A stretch of 63,176 nt of DNA, filler included, from Choristocarpus tenellus KU-1152 (lineage: Eukaryota; Protista; Phaeophyceae), in the NCBI GenBank assembly GCA_964200185.2. It is 6 parts of 6 records of this genome, joined end to end, with 100 filler letters (N's around TTAATTAATTAA, not from the genome) between each part and the next. Parts side by side here need not be neighbours in the genome. Positions count along the whole stretch, not along the records: positions 60,466 to 63,176 come from CAXNAD020025402.1; 5 more parts are not named here. One strand, given 5' to 3'. The notes beneath the pieces were generated by a model that ran no database searches, had not been told where the DNA came from, and saw nothing but the letters and a program-made list of their open reading frames with translations. A program made the translations under genes and the position numbers. Shown piece after piece: positions 63,150 through 63,176 of the stretch. Within the stretch, counting starts at the first letter, position 1. The number at the start of each line of letters is the position of its first letter.

Positions 63150-63176
63150 ACCCAAAATATCTGGGAGGGGGGGTTG
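63150..63176. mobile_element. MITE family B end interrupting the gypsy RNase H region
   Basis: GACCCAAAATATCTGGGAGGGGGG is nearly the reverse complement of CCCCAGATACTTTGGGTC at ~21634-21651. Confidence 0.6.

Overview
Eukaryotic, intron-rich sequence made of six contigs artificially joined by 100-bp N44-TTAATTAATTAA-N44 linkers, so gene neighbourhood across linkers is meaningless. Gene content, intron sizes, TTAGGG tracts and a flagellar SHIPPO-repeat gene suggest a stramenopile, probably a brown alga or close relative (inference). Recognisable genes are a tandem Tudor-repeat protein, a SHIPPO/PG-repeat protein, an HtrA2-like protease, SPT4, two SpoU/TrmH methyltransferases, TMEM209 (3' part), a Vac8-like armadillo protein, a sirtuin with a C-terminal ZZ finger, CCT8 (5' part), a trehalase terminal exon and an EF-hand protein. 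Mobile DNA includes Ty1/copia and chromodomain Ty3/gypsy remnants and two related MITE families. The standout is an intronless 201-aa ORF (23204-23809, minus). It has an N-terminal transmembrane helix followed by a collinear series of motifs matching the EP domain of the plant immune regulators EDS1/PAD4/SAG101 (EIQxY, YYxxF, RxxLxxFW, W..YRxLVEPLDVAxYY, DSxxWA), with no lipase-like domain. The EDS1 family is generally regarded as seed-plant specific, so this may be an undescribed membrane-anchored EP-domain protein in a non-plant lineage. All assignments come from motif recognition by eye; no database search was run.
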